Assembly (NCBI GenBank): GCA_012295275.1
Contig: CM022666.1
Coordinates: 9,114,001-9,178,000, forward strand
Direction of reading: 5' to 3'
DNA length: 64,000 nt
Source: Chrysomallon squamiferum
Taxonomy: Eukaryota; Animalia; Mollusca
The position numbers were made by a program, and so were the translations under genes. Shown piece after piece: positions 1-50,389 of this stretch. The notes beneath the pieces are model-generated. The model was not told the DNA's origin, did not search any database, and worked only from the letters and a program-made list of their open reading frames with translations. Position 1 is the first letter of the stretch, and every line of letters starts with the position of its first letter.

Positions 1-209
1 CTTCTATCAGGTTAGGGCAGACGGGGTGAAGCTTGTGTGTGAAGTTGTAAAATGTAATATTTTGTATTGTTAACAAATCTAATGATTATTTAAAATATTT
101 AAATAAATTAAAACATTTTACAATTTTTTTCTTCTTTAAATTCGGTTTTCTTGTATACACATTATCAAACAGAATGTTTTAAAATTTTGTCTGTTGATTC
201 TTTCTGTAG

Positions 210-1160
210 ATATTCCTAGGAGGCAGTATCTGCAAAGATGGTGCTGTAAAAGTGACCTCTGACCCTGAATTAAAGGTATTTTTATACTGATCCTGTTACC
301 TATCAAGTCAAAGCATGTTGCTCAGTTTTTGCATTATTTAGACAGTTGACTGAAAGCTAAGACTATTATTAATACTGATTATTAATTTTTAACTAAGATT
401 TGGCAAGAATGAAAACACTTTGTTATATTTTACTAAATTTCTGTTTATTAAAACCCAAATCATATTTAAATAATTCTAATATTAATTTATTATATAAATA
501 TCTATTATTATTATTATTATTATTATTATATACATATCTATTAATATGATTATGATTATGACTATTATTATTATTGCTGCAATTGTTATTGTTGTAATTA
601 CTGTTTTTATTGTTGTTACTGATTTTATTAATGTTGTTGTTGATGTTGTTAGTTGTTAGTATTATCATCATATTGCTATTGTATTGTCGTTGTTGTTGTT
701 GTTAAAAGTCCCAGCCTGACCCAGTTTACATTAGATCAAAGCGGTTTGAGGGTGGACCGCAGATGTTGCAACTCAGTCTGGATGGGAAACGTCTGTATGT
801 GACAACATCCCTGTTCAGTGCCTGGGATAAACAGTTTTACCCTAATATGACCAAGTAAGTAACACTTCCTCTTATTAATATTCTTCTTATTATTAATATT
901 ACTATTTCTATTACTGATATTATTACTTTTATTATTGTTATCATTATTGCTGTTGTTACTGTTGTTGTTGTATTATTATTATTATTGTATTTAACAGATC
1001 TGGCTCTTTGTTGCTGCTTATTGATGTGGACACTGATAAGGGAGGTTTGTCACTCAACAAAGATTTCTCTGTTGACTTTGGAACCGAACCCCAAGGACCT
1101 GTACTTGCCCACGAAATTCGCTACCCTGGGGGTGACTGCACATCAGATATCTGGCTCTAA
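210..1160 (+). CDS. SELENBP1: Selenium-binding protein 1 / methanethiol oxidase, last three coding exons (5' part lies outside the window)
   Basis: Exons 210-275, 709-854 and 998-1160, all with AG/GT boundaries, splice in frame to [124 protein letters not shown]. This is the characteristic SELENBP1 C-terminus. Stop TAA at 1158-1160. Confidence 0.96.
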
Positions 1161-1984
1161 GATTGTATTCAACAAATAGTCCTTTTGTGGGTTTTCAAAG
1201 GGTGTTGCTGTTTTTTTAGTGATGAAATATACGACTTTTTATTTAAACTGCACAGAACTTGTACTATGATTCAAGATTATTTTTGTTGCAATGGAATTAA
1301 TACTTTATTAGAGATATTATATTAACAAATGTATTTTAAGAAACATCTGCAATATATTTATATATTAATCAGTTTTTGTTTATAACTATACTCAAGTGTT
1401 TATATATGATTATTATAATTTGATACGTCTCATAATTAAATGGGGTAGCAGCTGTGTTTATTATATGTGCAGTATCCAAAATTCACGCACAATTTATGAA
1501 TGAATACATTGTATGAATATCAAGACTACTAACGCACAATTATCAAAATATTCTTCATGTAAAGATATTTTTCAAGTGATAAAGAGAAATCCACAGGATA
1601 AAAGTTACATTTCACGCACAATTTTTGAATAAATATTTCTTATTGAAATGTATTTTAAATTTATATTCAGAAATAAAAAGTAAACAAAATACATTTTTTT
1701 TTTTTTTTTTCCACAGGGTATGCACAAAATAACAAATATTTCAAACTTATCAATGTGCACTAAGGATTATTAATATCATTAAAATATTTTGATTCCAATA
1801 GCTGATGTCAAGTTATTGTCATTATTTAATTGTCTATTGCTCTGGACATTCTGCCTGTGTAAGACAGGGATTCAGTAGTAAGATAACAATAAATGTTGGC
1901 CAAATGTTCAAAAAGATACAAAATGTAATTATTGCCTTCATCACATAAATGATAATTTGTTTATAATATTTTTATAATTCGCTC

Positions 1985-2660
1985 TCGTAAACCACGCCTA
2001 AGTCGTCACTTTCGGGACCAAGATTTTGCTGACGACTTAGAGATAGGACGAGTAATGCTTAGTCGTCATAATGACTACCTGTATATGTAAGTCAGCAAAA
2101 TGAGGACTTATCCTAGTGTGTTCTCTAGTAGAATCAACCAAAATAATCCTCTTTGATCAGCGTTATATATGTCCTATGGTTCATATCTCTGGAGAATGTC
2201 CTTCAAATTTTCTGTTTTCCATTCTTCAACTAATGCTGTATTAACGCCGCCAGATTCACTGCTTTTCCGTAAAACGATCAATTCAAACTGTCATTCAGTT
2301 TCCCACCTCATCATGACCAAGTTGCTCAGCAAAGTCTCGTGCTTTTTAAAGTAGCATTTCACCATCAATACCATTTAATTAGCCATTTGTCGAAACCACT
2401 GAATTAGCGCGGAGTTGACGTTGTGCTTGATGTGTTTCATGCCGCCTTTTCTTGAATATGGATCCTCACCATTCTTGATGGCTCAGATGACTTTAGATTT
2501 GTTTTTCAAATGTCATTTAATGTTGTGCAGAGAATCTCGAATCTCTCCGCCGTCAGACACTTTTACTCGCCATGACTGGCTTCACAGTACTTAATTATTT
2601 CATACTTCACCTTGTAAATCATGATTATTAGCCGTCTCCTTCCGCTAGTCGCCATTTTGT
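1985..2660 (-). mobile_element. Degenerate pogo/Tigger-family (CENP-B-like) DNA transposase fragment
   Basis: Minus-strand ATG at 2655, then broken frames giving NVNSALIQWFRQM, GIDGEMLL*KARDFAEQLG (CENP-B-type HTH) and ESGGVNTALVEEWK...LQRYEP*DIYNADQRGLFW (first D motif of the DDE domain). In-frame stops and frameshifts present. An 11-bp inverted repeat lies at 1998-2008/2030-2040. Confidence 0.8.
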
Positions 2661-4127
2661 ACCCTAATTCAGTTACTATCGTAAGCGCCGCTTTCCAAAA
2701 TAATACGTTAGTTCAAAGCACCCATACACGAGGTAAGTCACGCGCATATAAATATTCCAACGCACATTGCCGTGTACATCCATGTCACTAGTTTGAGATA
2801 GCCAGTTGATTGTGCGAGACTGGGTCGAGGGAATTCCTACTGACAACTTAGAAATTAACTGTGATTTGTGTTACTTGGGCCACGTGTCAGGTGATGACAG
2901 GTTTTTGACGACTGTTTATTGTACATCTCAGTGCGTGTTTGTGTGTGTAAATGTACTTTTGTGCACTTTTTGTTTAAGGCATTATTTGATAACTCAAAGA
3001 AAACCCCCAAATATGTAAATGCCTCTGTGAGGGGGCATTAATGTAGAACACAAAATGTATTGTCACTTGTAAAATGCAACAGCTATTTAAATATTTAGTT
3101 ACAGTTAGTTGCCTTAACTGTTGTAATGCAATCTGTCCACAAAACAGGGTCCATCTATGTTTACAAAGTAAAATGATAAACCAAATAACCTATATAAAGC
3201 TATTTTAACTACAGCTGCACTAAATAAACACTAACAAGGAATTAAATTTAATCTGAAAGAAATTTATCCTAACTCTAGATTTATTTATATAATATTTAAA
3301 GTAAACACTATTTTCAGTTCTACCCGATTACATGATACATTCTTTTAACAACATAATGCAAATTAAAATAAACTGATTATAAGTTTCAGATTACATAATT
3401 ATGTTATGAATTATTTGGAAATTATTAATCTACGCAATACAAAATTTTCAGTGTAGTTCTACGTTTTCCAAAATGAAATTTATGCATAGATCTTGTTCTC
3501 GCATCAGATGAGAATTCACGAGATCACAATTCCAAGTTTATGTATGCTCTCATCCATGTTTTATTTCAATAGTAAATTCTATAAAAAAAAAAAAAAAAAA
3601 AAAAAATATCAGGATTTCGAAAACGCTATACATATAACTGTGAATTATCGGCTTCAAATTTATATTCAAAACATTTATACAAAAAAAATATAGCAAATAA
3701 ATAAAATAAAATAAAAATAAAATAAATAAGAAAAAAAGAAAGGAAATGGATATTTACTTTAAAAATTTAATTGTTGAGTAAAGTATGTCAGACTGTATTT
3801 TTAATTTATAACTATTTGCATGACAGCATGCATGTGAATACATTCAATTATAATAATAATAATGACCATGGTAATAATAAGTTGGTGTATGCAGTAAAAT
3901 GAAAATTTTAAATAAAAATAAATAAATAATAATAACAAAAGAGAAATATTACAAACTTGCACTTTTGATAACATTATTCATAAAAATAAAACACAGATAT
4001 TCTTTAATGGATGACATGGTTAACATATCAGTTTTAATAATCACAACAATGAACACGGCAAAATGTTTTACATACTAATTTGTAAGTATATGTATAGAGA
4101 TATATAATACATGTTTTATTACACGTC

Positions 4128-4342
4128 TGTGACCCTACCTGACAAAATATGTCACACTGATCTCCTTCACAGAATTTTTAATGATACAAAGAACCTTAAT
4201 TTTCTGTCAGAAGAAAACAAATGTGGTTGTTTTTATGTATTAGCAATCACTATTTTTGTTTTTCCCAAATACATTTACTGGTGATTTCTTCATGTATTCT
4301 GTTCTAAGATCAACATGACTCATTTTGATGGGTAGGGTCATA
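4128..4342. mobile_element. Old ~215-bp MITE-like element
   Basis: Imperfect terminal inverted repeats: tgaccctacc...caaaat...gtca...tgatct from 4130, versus agatca...tgac...attttg...ggtagggtca ending at 4340. Confidence 0.5.
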
Positions 4343-6269
4343 TTCTAGCTGCCTTAGATGAAATAATATAATTGTTTGAGAAGGCAGTGATTTGTAACAT
4401 AGAAATCAATACAAAATAACTTTTTTACTGTTGTAAAAATGAATTAATATTCTCTATATTGCTCAGATCCAAGACATCAGTCTAAAAAACATTATTCATT
4501 GCATCCATTCTAAAGATTAAAAGAAAGTAAATAAATGAAAAGGGACCTGTTCTCAAAGACTGACTGACCAATGAATGACCCAAGAAAATCAGTTAGAGAC
4601 TTGCAGTTTTAAAATGTTTCTGAGTAGTGAAGTATTTATATTTCAACCAAATATTATATTAATAAACACAAACAGATGAAATGTGTTCAGTCATGCTATT
4701 AAGATAAACTTTAAAAATGCTGAGGCCTTTCTGAGTTTATTTCAATCCTGACAACACGTTTAAATGATATTTTCAACACAGAAAAAAAAAAAAAAAATAA
4801 TAATAATAAATTAATAAATTAAAAAAAAAAAAAGAAAGAAAACACAAACAATCCCCAACCATAACACTACCAAACATAATATTTTGAAAGTAAAACAGCA
4901 CTGACCACCGACAGACAAACACTATACTGACCAATGGCTTAATAACACTAACCATGCTTACATAGAATATAATTGTTTTATGAAATAAGCCATCCATTCT
5001 CATTAAGAGTACATAAATTACAGCAACCGCAGCTACACAGTTTGATGTGACTGATGGATATTGTTAGCAATTTTGAGCGGATGTTTTAAATTATTATTTT
5101 CTGCTACTACTACTGAAAATATTTCTTCTCAAGGTAAAATGTAGAAAAAAAAAAAAAAAAAAAATAAATAAATAATAATAAAAAAAAAAAAGAAATACAC
5201 ACAAAAAAAAACGCACACACATTATATACCCACACACAAATGAGAATACTATCTGTCAACTTCAGAAAGCAATAATTTCATTCTAAAGACATATTTCAAT
5301 CAGAAATTTATCATTCTAAAGCATTTATTTTGTAATTTTTAAATAATTAAAACTAAAAATACTACTGCTACTACTACTACTAATAATAATAATAAAAAAA
5401 AAAAATTAATTAAATAATAAAATAATAAATAAACTAAAAAAAATGTTTTATTGATTCTAACAATTTATAGAAACAATTTATCATCCAGTAATCATTCAAT
5501 TTTATTTAAAAAAAATAAAAATAAATAATAAATAATAAAATAAAAATAAATAATAAATAAATGAAACTATTAATAAAAAAGTTGACTGATTAAAACAATT
5601 TCTAGGAACAATTTATCATCCAGTAATCATCAGTTTTATTTTACACCTCTCTGAAGTCTGAACTAAATGCTGAAACTTGACAATCACAGAATATTTTTAA
5701 AATGAATATTTGTATCACAGCTAGTTAAATACAGTAACAGTCTGAGAAACAACTGGTTTTAAGTTTATTTATTTTAGTTGTAGGCAAAAAAAGTTTAATA
5801 ATACAACTTCAGTTTATTATATAATCCAAATAATAAAAATGATAATAATAATAATAATAGTAATAATACTAATTTTGGCGTTGTGGACTGTTCTAATATT
5901 TATAATAAATTTTAACTGGTTGAGCCAGTAACTATTACTTTCAGTTTTTGATAAAACAAGTAGTTTTCTCTATTACTAAAATGAATATATTCACCGGAAC
6001 ATCGTGAACAGAAGGAATAAAAATAACAACATTCTGTTTCACAACTGTACCATATAATTCAGTGGGAACACTGGTGTCACAACATTAAATAATTCATGTT
6101 ATATTTTGTTCACAGTTGTAAAACACAGGTCTATAATTACTGTTTAACTGATGTTTGAAACAAGAATGACAGGATGAGTGACATCATGTCTGCAGCAAAG
6201 TGACTTGTGTCACAGAACTGAAACAATGTGCTCAGGATTAAGTCTCAGATGAATTCACAATGTACTTTC

Positions 6270-6760
6270 ATAACTGTACCAAAACCAGTACAATGAAAGT
6301 ACTAAAACAATTATACTGTTATTAGTGTTATGCTGAAACATTACTGTTACTTATAGTACCAAAACAGTACAGCTAAATATATCAGTACCAAAAATAATAG
6401 TATTGTATAAAAAAAAAATATTGGATGTATTTATGTATACCAGTACCAAAACCAGCAAATGGTACTGTTACTATGATAGTACTGAAACATTACTGTTACT
6501 TATAGTACCAAAAGAGTACAATTAAACATATTAGTACTAAAACAGTACTGCTACATCTAGTACCAAACCAGTACAGAGACAGTACTAAAAACAAAACTTG
6601 TTATGTAGTATTAAAACAGTCCTGTTACTTATAGTATCAAGAGTATAATTACCTATGTTAGTACTAAAACCAGTGATATTACACACAGTACCAAAACAGT
6701 ACAATTACATATATCAGTACTGAAAGCAGCACTTTTAAATATTTTACCAAAACAAACACC
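6270..6760. repeat. Degenerate minisatellite (AGTACCAAAAC-rich) in the PCCB 3' region
   Basis: Many diverged copies of gtaccaaaacagtac / gtactaaaac / tactgttacttatagtacc. Confidence 0.7.
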
Positions 6761-6855
6761 GCCACATATTTATTCTTCCACGATTCATTCAGTAAATCCA
6801 GTTAATATTAAAGCTGTGCCAGATTTAAAATTTGACTATGTTAATACTAAAACTC

Positions 6856-43469
<36,614 letters not shown>

Positions 43470-44098
43470 CTTGAAATGCACTGTTTGGGTGAGTGTTGCA
43501 AACGACAGTTGTATCAGTCACAGCTTCCACATCCGTGGAACAGAATGTAACATTGGAACAGAACGAAACAAATAAATGCGGATAGTTTAATAACTGATTT
43601 GAATAGATTTTAGAAATTTTCTAACAGATTTGTTTTCGCGTGTATAAAAACAACAAATAAAATAGTATGAAACAAATAATTGTCAGTTTATGTTTTATGA
43701 AGAAATTTACATATTCCATAGAAAATGAAAGAGTGAGGCAGTAGAAATGGTGATGATGAAACTGAAAGCTTTCAGTGTTATCTATTCTCATTTGATCCAT
43801 TTTAGTTCTTGAGAGACATTTAACAGTATAAAGAAGTGATTGATAATGTCGTTATTGCTGTTACTGCTGTTGGTAAATGCTGATTGCTTTATCATTTATG
43901 ATTTCTTCATTTTTACTTTGTCTTTGTTTCTGATGTAGTCATCAGACATCACTCTGGTCAAATCAAACGTTCTTCTTTTAATTTGTTTCGATTTAAAAAA
44001 TAAAAATAACAAGTAAAAAAATAAATATATAAAATCTCGTTGGAAGTTAGATATACATTTACATTTTATGACAATGTTATTAACTGTTTTCTTCCTTT

Positions 44099-44148
<50 letters not shown>

Positions 44149-44210
44149 CATAATAAACCTGTTTATCACATCCGGTGAAATGTTTGTATTTTGTGTGCGG
44201 GAATGACAAA
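43470..44210. promoter_or_regulatory. Probable bidirectional promoter of PCCB and ALG9
   Basis: Divergent ATGs about 740 bp apart, local CpG enrichment, and CACATCCG (ETS-like CGGATGTG) near each start (about 43528 and 44167). An (AAT)n tract lies at 44101-44153. Confidence 0.7.
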
Positions 44211-45640
44211 ATGTCTGCCCCCAGTAAACGACGGGAAAGGCAGCTTTCAAAAATAAAGAAAGATGAGGAATTTAAGACTGAAAGGTTGTCATTCACCGTA
44301 CATCTAAAGATTTAATTTACATGTTAAAACCCAATATGCTTTTTAGTAAAGATTTCAATGTATATGGTTATAAAAAGCTTAAAACATGGTACAACATCAT
44401 GAACAAAACAAGGGCAGATAAACAAAAAAATGGAATGGTCTCTGTTTTTGACAGGATGTCTCCGAATATATTTATTAGCTTAAAGATCTTAAGTGTCATT
44501 CGAAAACGTAGCCTTTTCCCGAGAGGGAAAAATACACTCATTAGTGGAAATAAAAGTTGGCAAAGAATATTAAATTATAACGTACTAAATTTGATCTGTC
44601 TTCAGACCCGTGCATGATCTTGGTCAGCCATACACGATTCAGAATTATACAGCATTCAAGATATTGATGTCGTCAAGGCTGTGTGCAGCATGGTGGAACA
44701 TCATCACAGACTGTGATGAAGTATACAATTACTGGGAACCTGTGAGTGGAATTATGGTTTAGGAGACAATAATATAAATATCAGCAATTAAATATTCAAT
44801 TATGTTGTTTATAAATTTGTATTTAATGTTACAAATAGTAATAATAATAATAATGATTATAATTTTCTTATTATCTTCTTTTTCTAAACTTTTTATGTAT
44901 TTTTTTAAATTTTACAAAAATAATTATATCAGTAGAAATCTATTTCACAATTACATACACAAAAATTCAAATCAGTCATAGGAATATTATTATATCAAAC
45001 TTTTAAACATAAAATAACTTTTTAATGAATACATTTAAAAAAGCATACCTATTTATTATCCTATGTAATGAATTATGTAGTAATGTAACATGTGAAAGAA
45101 GAAATATTAATAATAGGAATACTATTCTGTTGTTATTCTGAATAATAAAAATATATTTAATTTAAAATTTGAATTATGTTGTTTATTATATATTTCTTTT
45201 TTAATGTTATATATTCATTTTTTTATGATCCATGAAAATATGTAAAGATGAATATGAAATCATTATTATAAAATTTTTCAGATGCATTTTCTGCTGTTTG
45301 GCAGTGGTTTTCAAACGTGGGAGTATTCTCCTGTTTACGCTATTAGATCTTACTTCTACCTGTGGATTCACTCCTTGCCCATCAACTTCTACAAAACCTT
45401 TCTTAATGATAACCAGGTCAGTCTTTTTTTTTCACATACCAACTTTTTAAAAATTTATTTATATATTTTTTTAAATTATTTCCATATATAGGACAAATTT
45501 TAAAAATGGCTTTTTGTTTCTGTTTTATTGTTGAAAATATCCTAATATTTTATCTTTCAGATCATTTTGTTCTATTTACTGCGATGTATTCTTGGATTTG
45601 TTTCAGCTGTTTGTGAAGCTTATTTCTACAAGTAAGATGT

Positions 45641-45684
<44 letters not shown>

Positions 45685-48600
45685 TTATTTCATTTGTATC
45701 TGACTTTCCTATCTTTTCTCTTTTTTAATATTTAGTTTTAATCTGATTCATATATATATGTGTGTTTTATTTATTGTTGTTTATATTTTATTTTAATATT
45801 ATTAGTTAACAAAGTATATTTTAAGTCTTATTCTTTTTATGTGTGTATCTGTATGATTTCATTGTAATCAGATGATAAAGTTGTGTATTTAAGATGATTT
45901 TGTTATTGTAGAGGTATATGCAGACAGTTTGGGAACAACATCGGACGTCTCACTCTCTGCTTCCTTCTGTTCAGTGCTGGGATGTTCATTTCATGTACAG
46001 CTTTCTTACCTAGCAGCTTCTCAATGTACATGACGATGCTAGCAATGGGAGCGTGGTATCTTGGAGATAATCATGTTAGTGTGTCACTCACTATATCATT
46101 GTTGTTGTAGTTAATTTTGTTTTGATGCAGTATTTGTTATTTAAAAACAATTATAAGCAAAAAATGCTTTTTTTTTTTGCATTATGTTTTAAAAAAATTA
46201 TTTGTTTTTAAATACTTTTATTATTTATTTCTTTAGTTTTTATTTAATATTTTATTATTTATGTATGGTGTTTTTATTTATTTAATATTTTTTATTTTAT
46301 TTTATTTTATTTTTAAATTTGTATAATATTACTTATTTATTTTATTATTATTTTATTTTATTTAACATTATATTATTTATGAATTATAATTTTATTTATT
46401 TATTATTTTATTTCAGTATGCAATCATTGCAATAGCTGCTAGTGCTATCATAGGTTGGCCATTTGCTGCTGTTCTTGGGTAAGTGCGACATTCATATTCT
46501 TAGGTGTGGACCATAACAATTATTCAGACATCTAACATATTCAGTTCTCTTCAGTGCTTACATTAGTCTGTCTCACAATCCAACCAGAACTATTTCTTAT
46601 TAGTCCTTGTGCTAGATCCATAAATTTTGAGTTGGGTGCCAAATTGTTGTTCAACAGATTCATTGTGGCTTTTAGTTAGTATGATGGTTGAAGGGTCCAA
46701 AATCAATTGTTGGACATTTCAGATTAGTAACTTTGGCTCTTTGGCAGCCATCTTTAAATATGGCTGTCAAGTTTTGCCAAGTAATGTGGTAGGATTATGT
46801 TTCTACTCATATTGCTATTCTGTGAAAATTGTATGTCTGACACCAAAGAGAAATTGTTATTAGCAAATAGAGACACTTCCTAATAAATGTTGAGTCTTGT
46901 TACAAGAATCAAAATAGTAATTTCCTGGCTTAGTTTTCAAAATTAAAATTATTTTTATATCTTTATGACACACTTTACAGCATATGCTGCAATAAATAGA
47001 TGTTTTGACTTCAGTGCAATTTCACAGAATGATTTGTTTATATATGCAGGAGAATGTCTGTAGTTGTTTGTTTGTTTCAGAATTCCTATTGCTGTTGACA
47101 TTGTTATTCGTCGCAGACGAGTCAAATTCTTTTTATTGTGGGGTGCAGTTGGACTGGCAGCATTTTTGGTAAATTTATTTATTTTTCATTAATTTATTTA
47201 TTAAAATTTTTAAAAATAACTTTTATTTTTTATTTGTTTGTTTCATTCGTTTTTGTTAACCTATTGTTTTAATATATCTTCTTAGAAAATCCATTTACAT
47301 TTATTTATTAAATAAGTTTTTAAATTAAATTTTAATTTTTTTGTTTGTTTAATTGCAAAATATATCCACTGTTCTGATGTATATACTTGTTTTATTCTAA
47401 TACTTCTTTCTAAATTTATTTGCTTTTATTCTTTTTTTTTTTTTTTTTTAATCTTTACACATATTTATTATTATTTTTTTATCTCTTTTTTTATTAACAA
47501 ACATTTATCTGTTTTAAACATGTTTTTTGTTAAAAAAAAACAATTCATAAAGTATTTTTAATAATAAAAGTACAGACAGCATAACATATTGATTAACTTG
47601 GTAAACTGATATTTGAAAAGAAAAAAGAAATTGAAATAATAATTATTATTATTGGAATGATAATAAAATTTAAAAACATTTTTAGTGTTTTGGGTTTTTT
47701 GGGGGTTTTTATTTGTCAGTTGCCTTTCTGAATACTATTTCAGTCTCCTAATTTTGAACCATTGACTAAATATCATCTTCATGTTATGTCTTTCTCTGAA
47801 CTAATATTAAAAATTATATTCAATTTGATTATTCACAGATACCATCAGTGAAAAAAGATTCAGATCTCTATGGAAAACTTGTCATTGCTCCTCTCAATAT
47901 CATTTTATACAATGTGTTCAGTGAACATGGTCCAGACCTGTATGGTAAGTGATATACAAGAGTTATCAAAAATGTATTATTTTATACAATGTGTTCAGTG
48001 AACATGGTCCAGACCTGTATGGTAAGTGATATACAAGTGTTATCAAAAATGTATTATTTTATACAGTGTGTTCAGTGAACATGGTCCAGACCTGTATGTT
48101 AAGTGATATACAAGTGTTAATAAAAATGTATTATTTTATACAATGTGTTCAGTGAACATGGTCCAGATGTGTATGGTAAGTATTATATAAGTGTTAATAA
48201 AAATATATCATTTTATACAACATCTTTAGTGAACATGGTCTAGACTTCAGCTGTAAACATTATATAAGTGTTATTAAAAATTAATTTCAATTTAAAATGT
48301 TTGAACTATTTTTTTTATTTTTTACTTTAAAACTATTTTCTAATAAAGTTGTTCTTCATTCCTCACAGGCACAGTGCCAGTGTCATATTACATCATCAAC
48401 GGATTTCTCAATTTCAACTTTATTTTCATTGCTGCCTTAATTTCACTACCTTTTACTGTGAGTATTTGATTTCTTAAAATTTATTTTATCACACATACCT
48501 AGCAACAAACATTTCATTCAAATATAATTATTTCACATTGGTGTATTTAAAATCTATTTTCCCATTCCACTTGGTAGTTAATAAAACATATTTTATTTCT

Positions 48601-50302
48601 GTAATTTAAAAAAAAAAAAAATCATAAATATATGCAGTATCTTATTTATTCTATTTCATAATAACAACAACACATGAATTCTTTCTCAAGCCAATGCTCC
48701 TCTGTTTTATTTGTTAAAAGAGTTTTTCTTATACCACAGTTAGTTAAAATCTGTTGGTACAAATATTTTTATTCAGTATAAATCATAGACAACTTATCTG
48801 AAATGTTGCAGGTGAAAAGAATCGATTTACTGTTGGGAACAGTTAAATTTTTATTTTTGTTCCATAAATATTATTATTATCATATTTATTATTGTTATAA
48901 TAATTATGATTATTTTGTTTGTTTTATTTTAGGTATTTATATCATGGTATTTAGGTCTGTCTAAATTAAGTAAGTGAGCATTTTAATGTCATTAATAAAA
49001 AGTCTTTAAAAAGTTAAAGTGTGTGTGTTTGAGAGAGAGAGAGAGAGAGATAATGACTGATTGTTTGATTGATTGATAGGTTGTCCATATGTATGTTTTT
49101 GGTCTTAGGATATTTCATATTATATTTATTTCCATTTTTCCAATTATTACTACCTGTATTATTACAACTAATCTGTTTTAATTATTATTACCATAATTAA
49201 AACTGCATTGATTATTATTACTACAGTTAAAACAACTCATGTTTTCTGACTAAATATAACAATGTGTAGTTATGAAGAATTACAAATTCTTGCCTTGTCT
49301 ATTTTTAAACAGACATTATTACTACTGCTTTTGCTAGTGCTACTGTTAGTACTACTATTACTATTACATCTGCTCCTTATTAGTATTTCTACCACTACCT
49401 TCACCACTTTCTCTACTATCATCATCATCATTCTTATTTTTATTATTAATGTTGTAGTTGTAGTTGTTGTTGTTTTTGTTGTTTTTATTTATTTATTTAT
49501 TTGGGTGTTTTTTTTTACAGAAATTCCACTATGGCTATCTTTATCACCAATGTATGTCTGGATTTTAATATTTTTCACTCAACCACACAAGGTGAACTTT
49601 TGAATATTAACTATCTGTTGTATTTTTCTTTTGTCTATCTTACATAGATTTTCATTTTAGTTAAATTAATTGGTAAAACAACATTAAGAATTCTTTTTTT
49701 TTTTAAAACATTTATTATTTTTTTATACATATATCAGATGTGGAAAAAACCCACCTTATGAAAATAAAGTTTATATGTAATTTCTATCAGATAATATGAT
49801 TTTTAAAAAGCTGCATTTAAAATCAGGGTTGAGGTGATACTATTTTCTACACAACAGATTCAATATTCTTTTCTGTTTTAATACTTAATAATTGTGTATG
49901 TTTTATAATTTGGCTTAGAAGCATATATGTTAATACATTTATATGTTTGTGTGAGTGTGTGTATATATATATATATAATTTGTTTTGTTAAAATTAATTT
50001 CATAAAAAGATTTAAATGCATGTAACACTGAACTAGATAAATATCTTAACATACCCAGACTTCATCTCCAGAAAAAATATTAAATAAGTTGAATAAAGTA
50101 AGTGAACTAAATAAATCTGAATAAATCTTGTTAAATAACAATGACATTTGTTGTAGGAAGAAAGATTTCTGTTTCCAATTTATCCTTTCTTTGCTCTCTG
50201 TGGTGCTGTTTGTTTTGACCACTTCCAGGTAAGATGTCCTGTTATTAATTTTTCCTAAGATATCTTAAGACCAAAAACACACATATGGACAACACAATCA
50301 AT

Positions 50303-50389
<87 letters not shown>

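Noticed and set aside
423-671. Asn-rich 82-aa ORF and the many similar poly-L/ER/HT/VC ORFs in the track
   Set aside because: Translations of (AAT)n, (GA)n, (CA)n and (TA)n microsatellites, mostly with non-ATG starts.
1161-1980. SECIS element or Sec read-through for SELENBP1
   Set aside because: SELENBP1 is not a Sec-containing protein, the stop is TAA, and no SECIS-like stem is visible.
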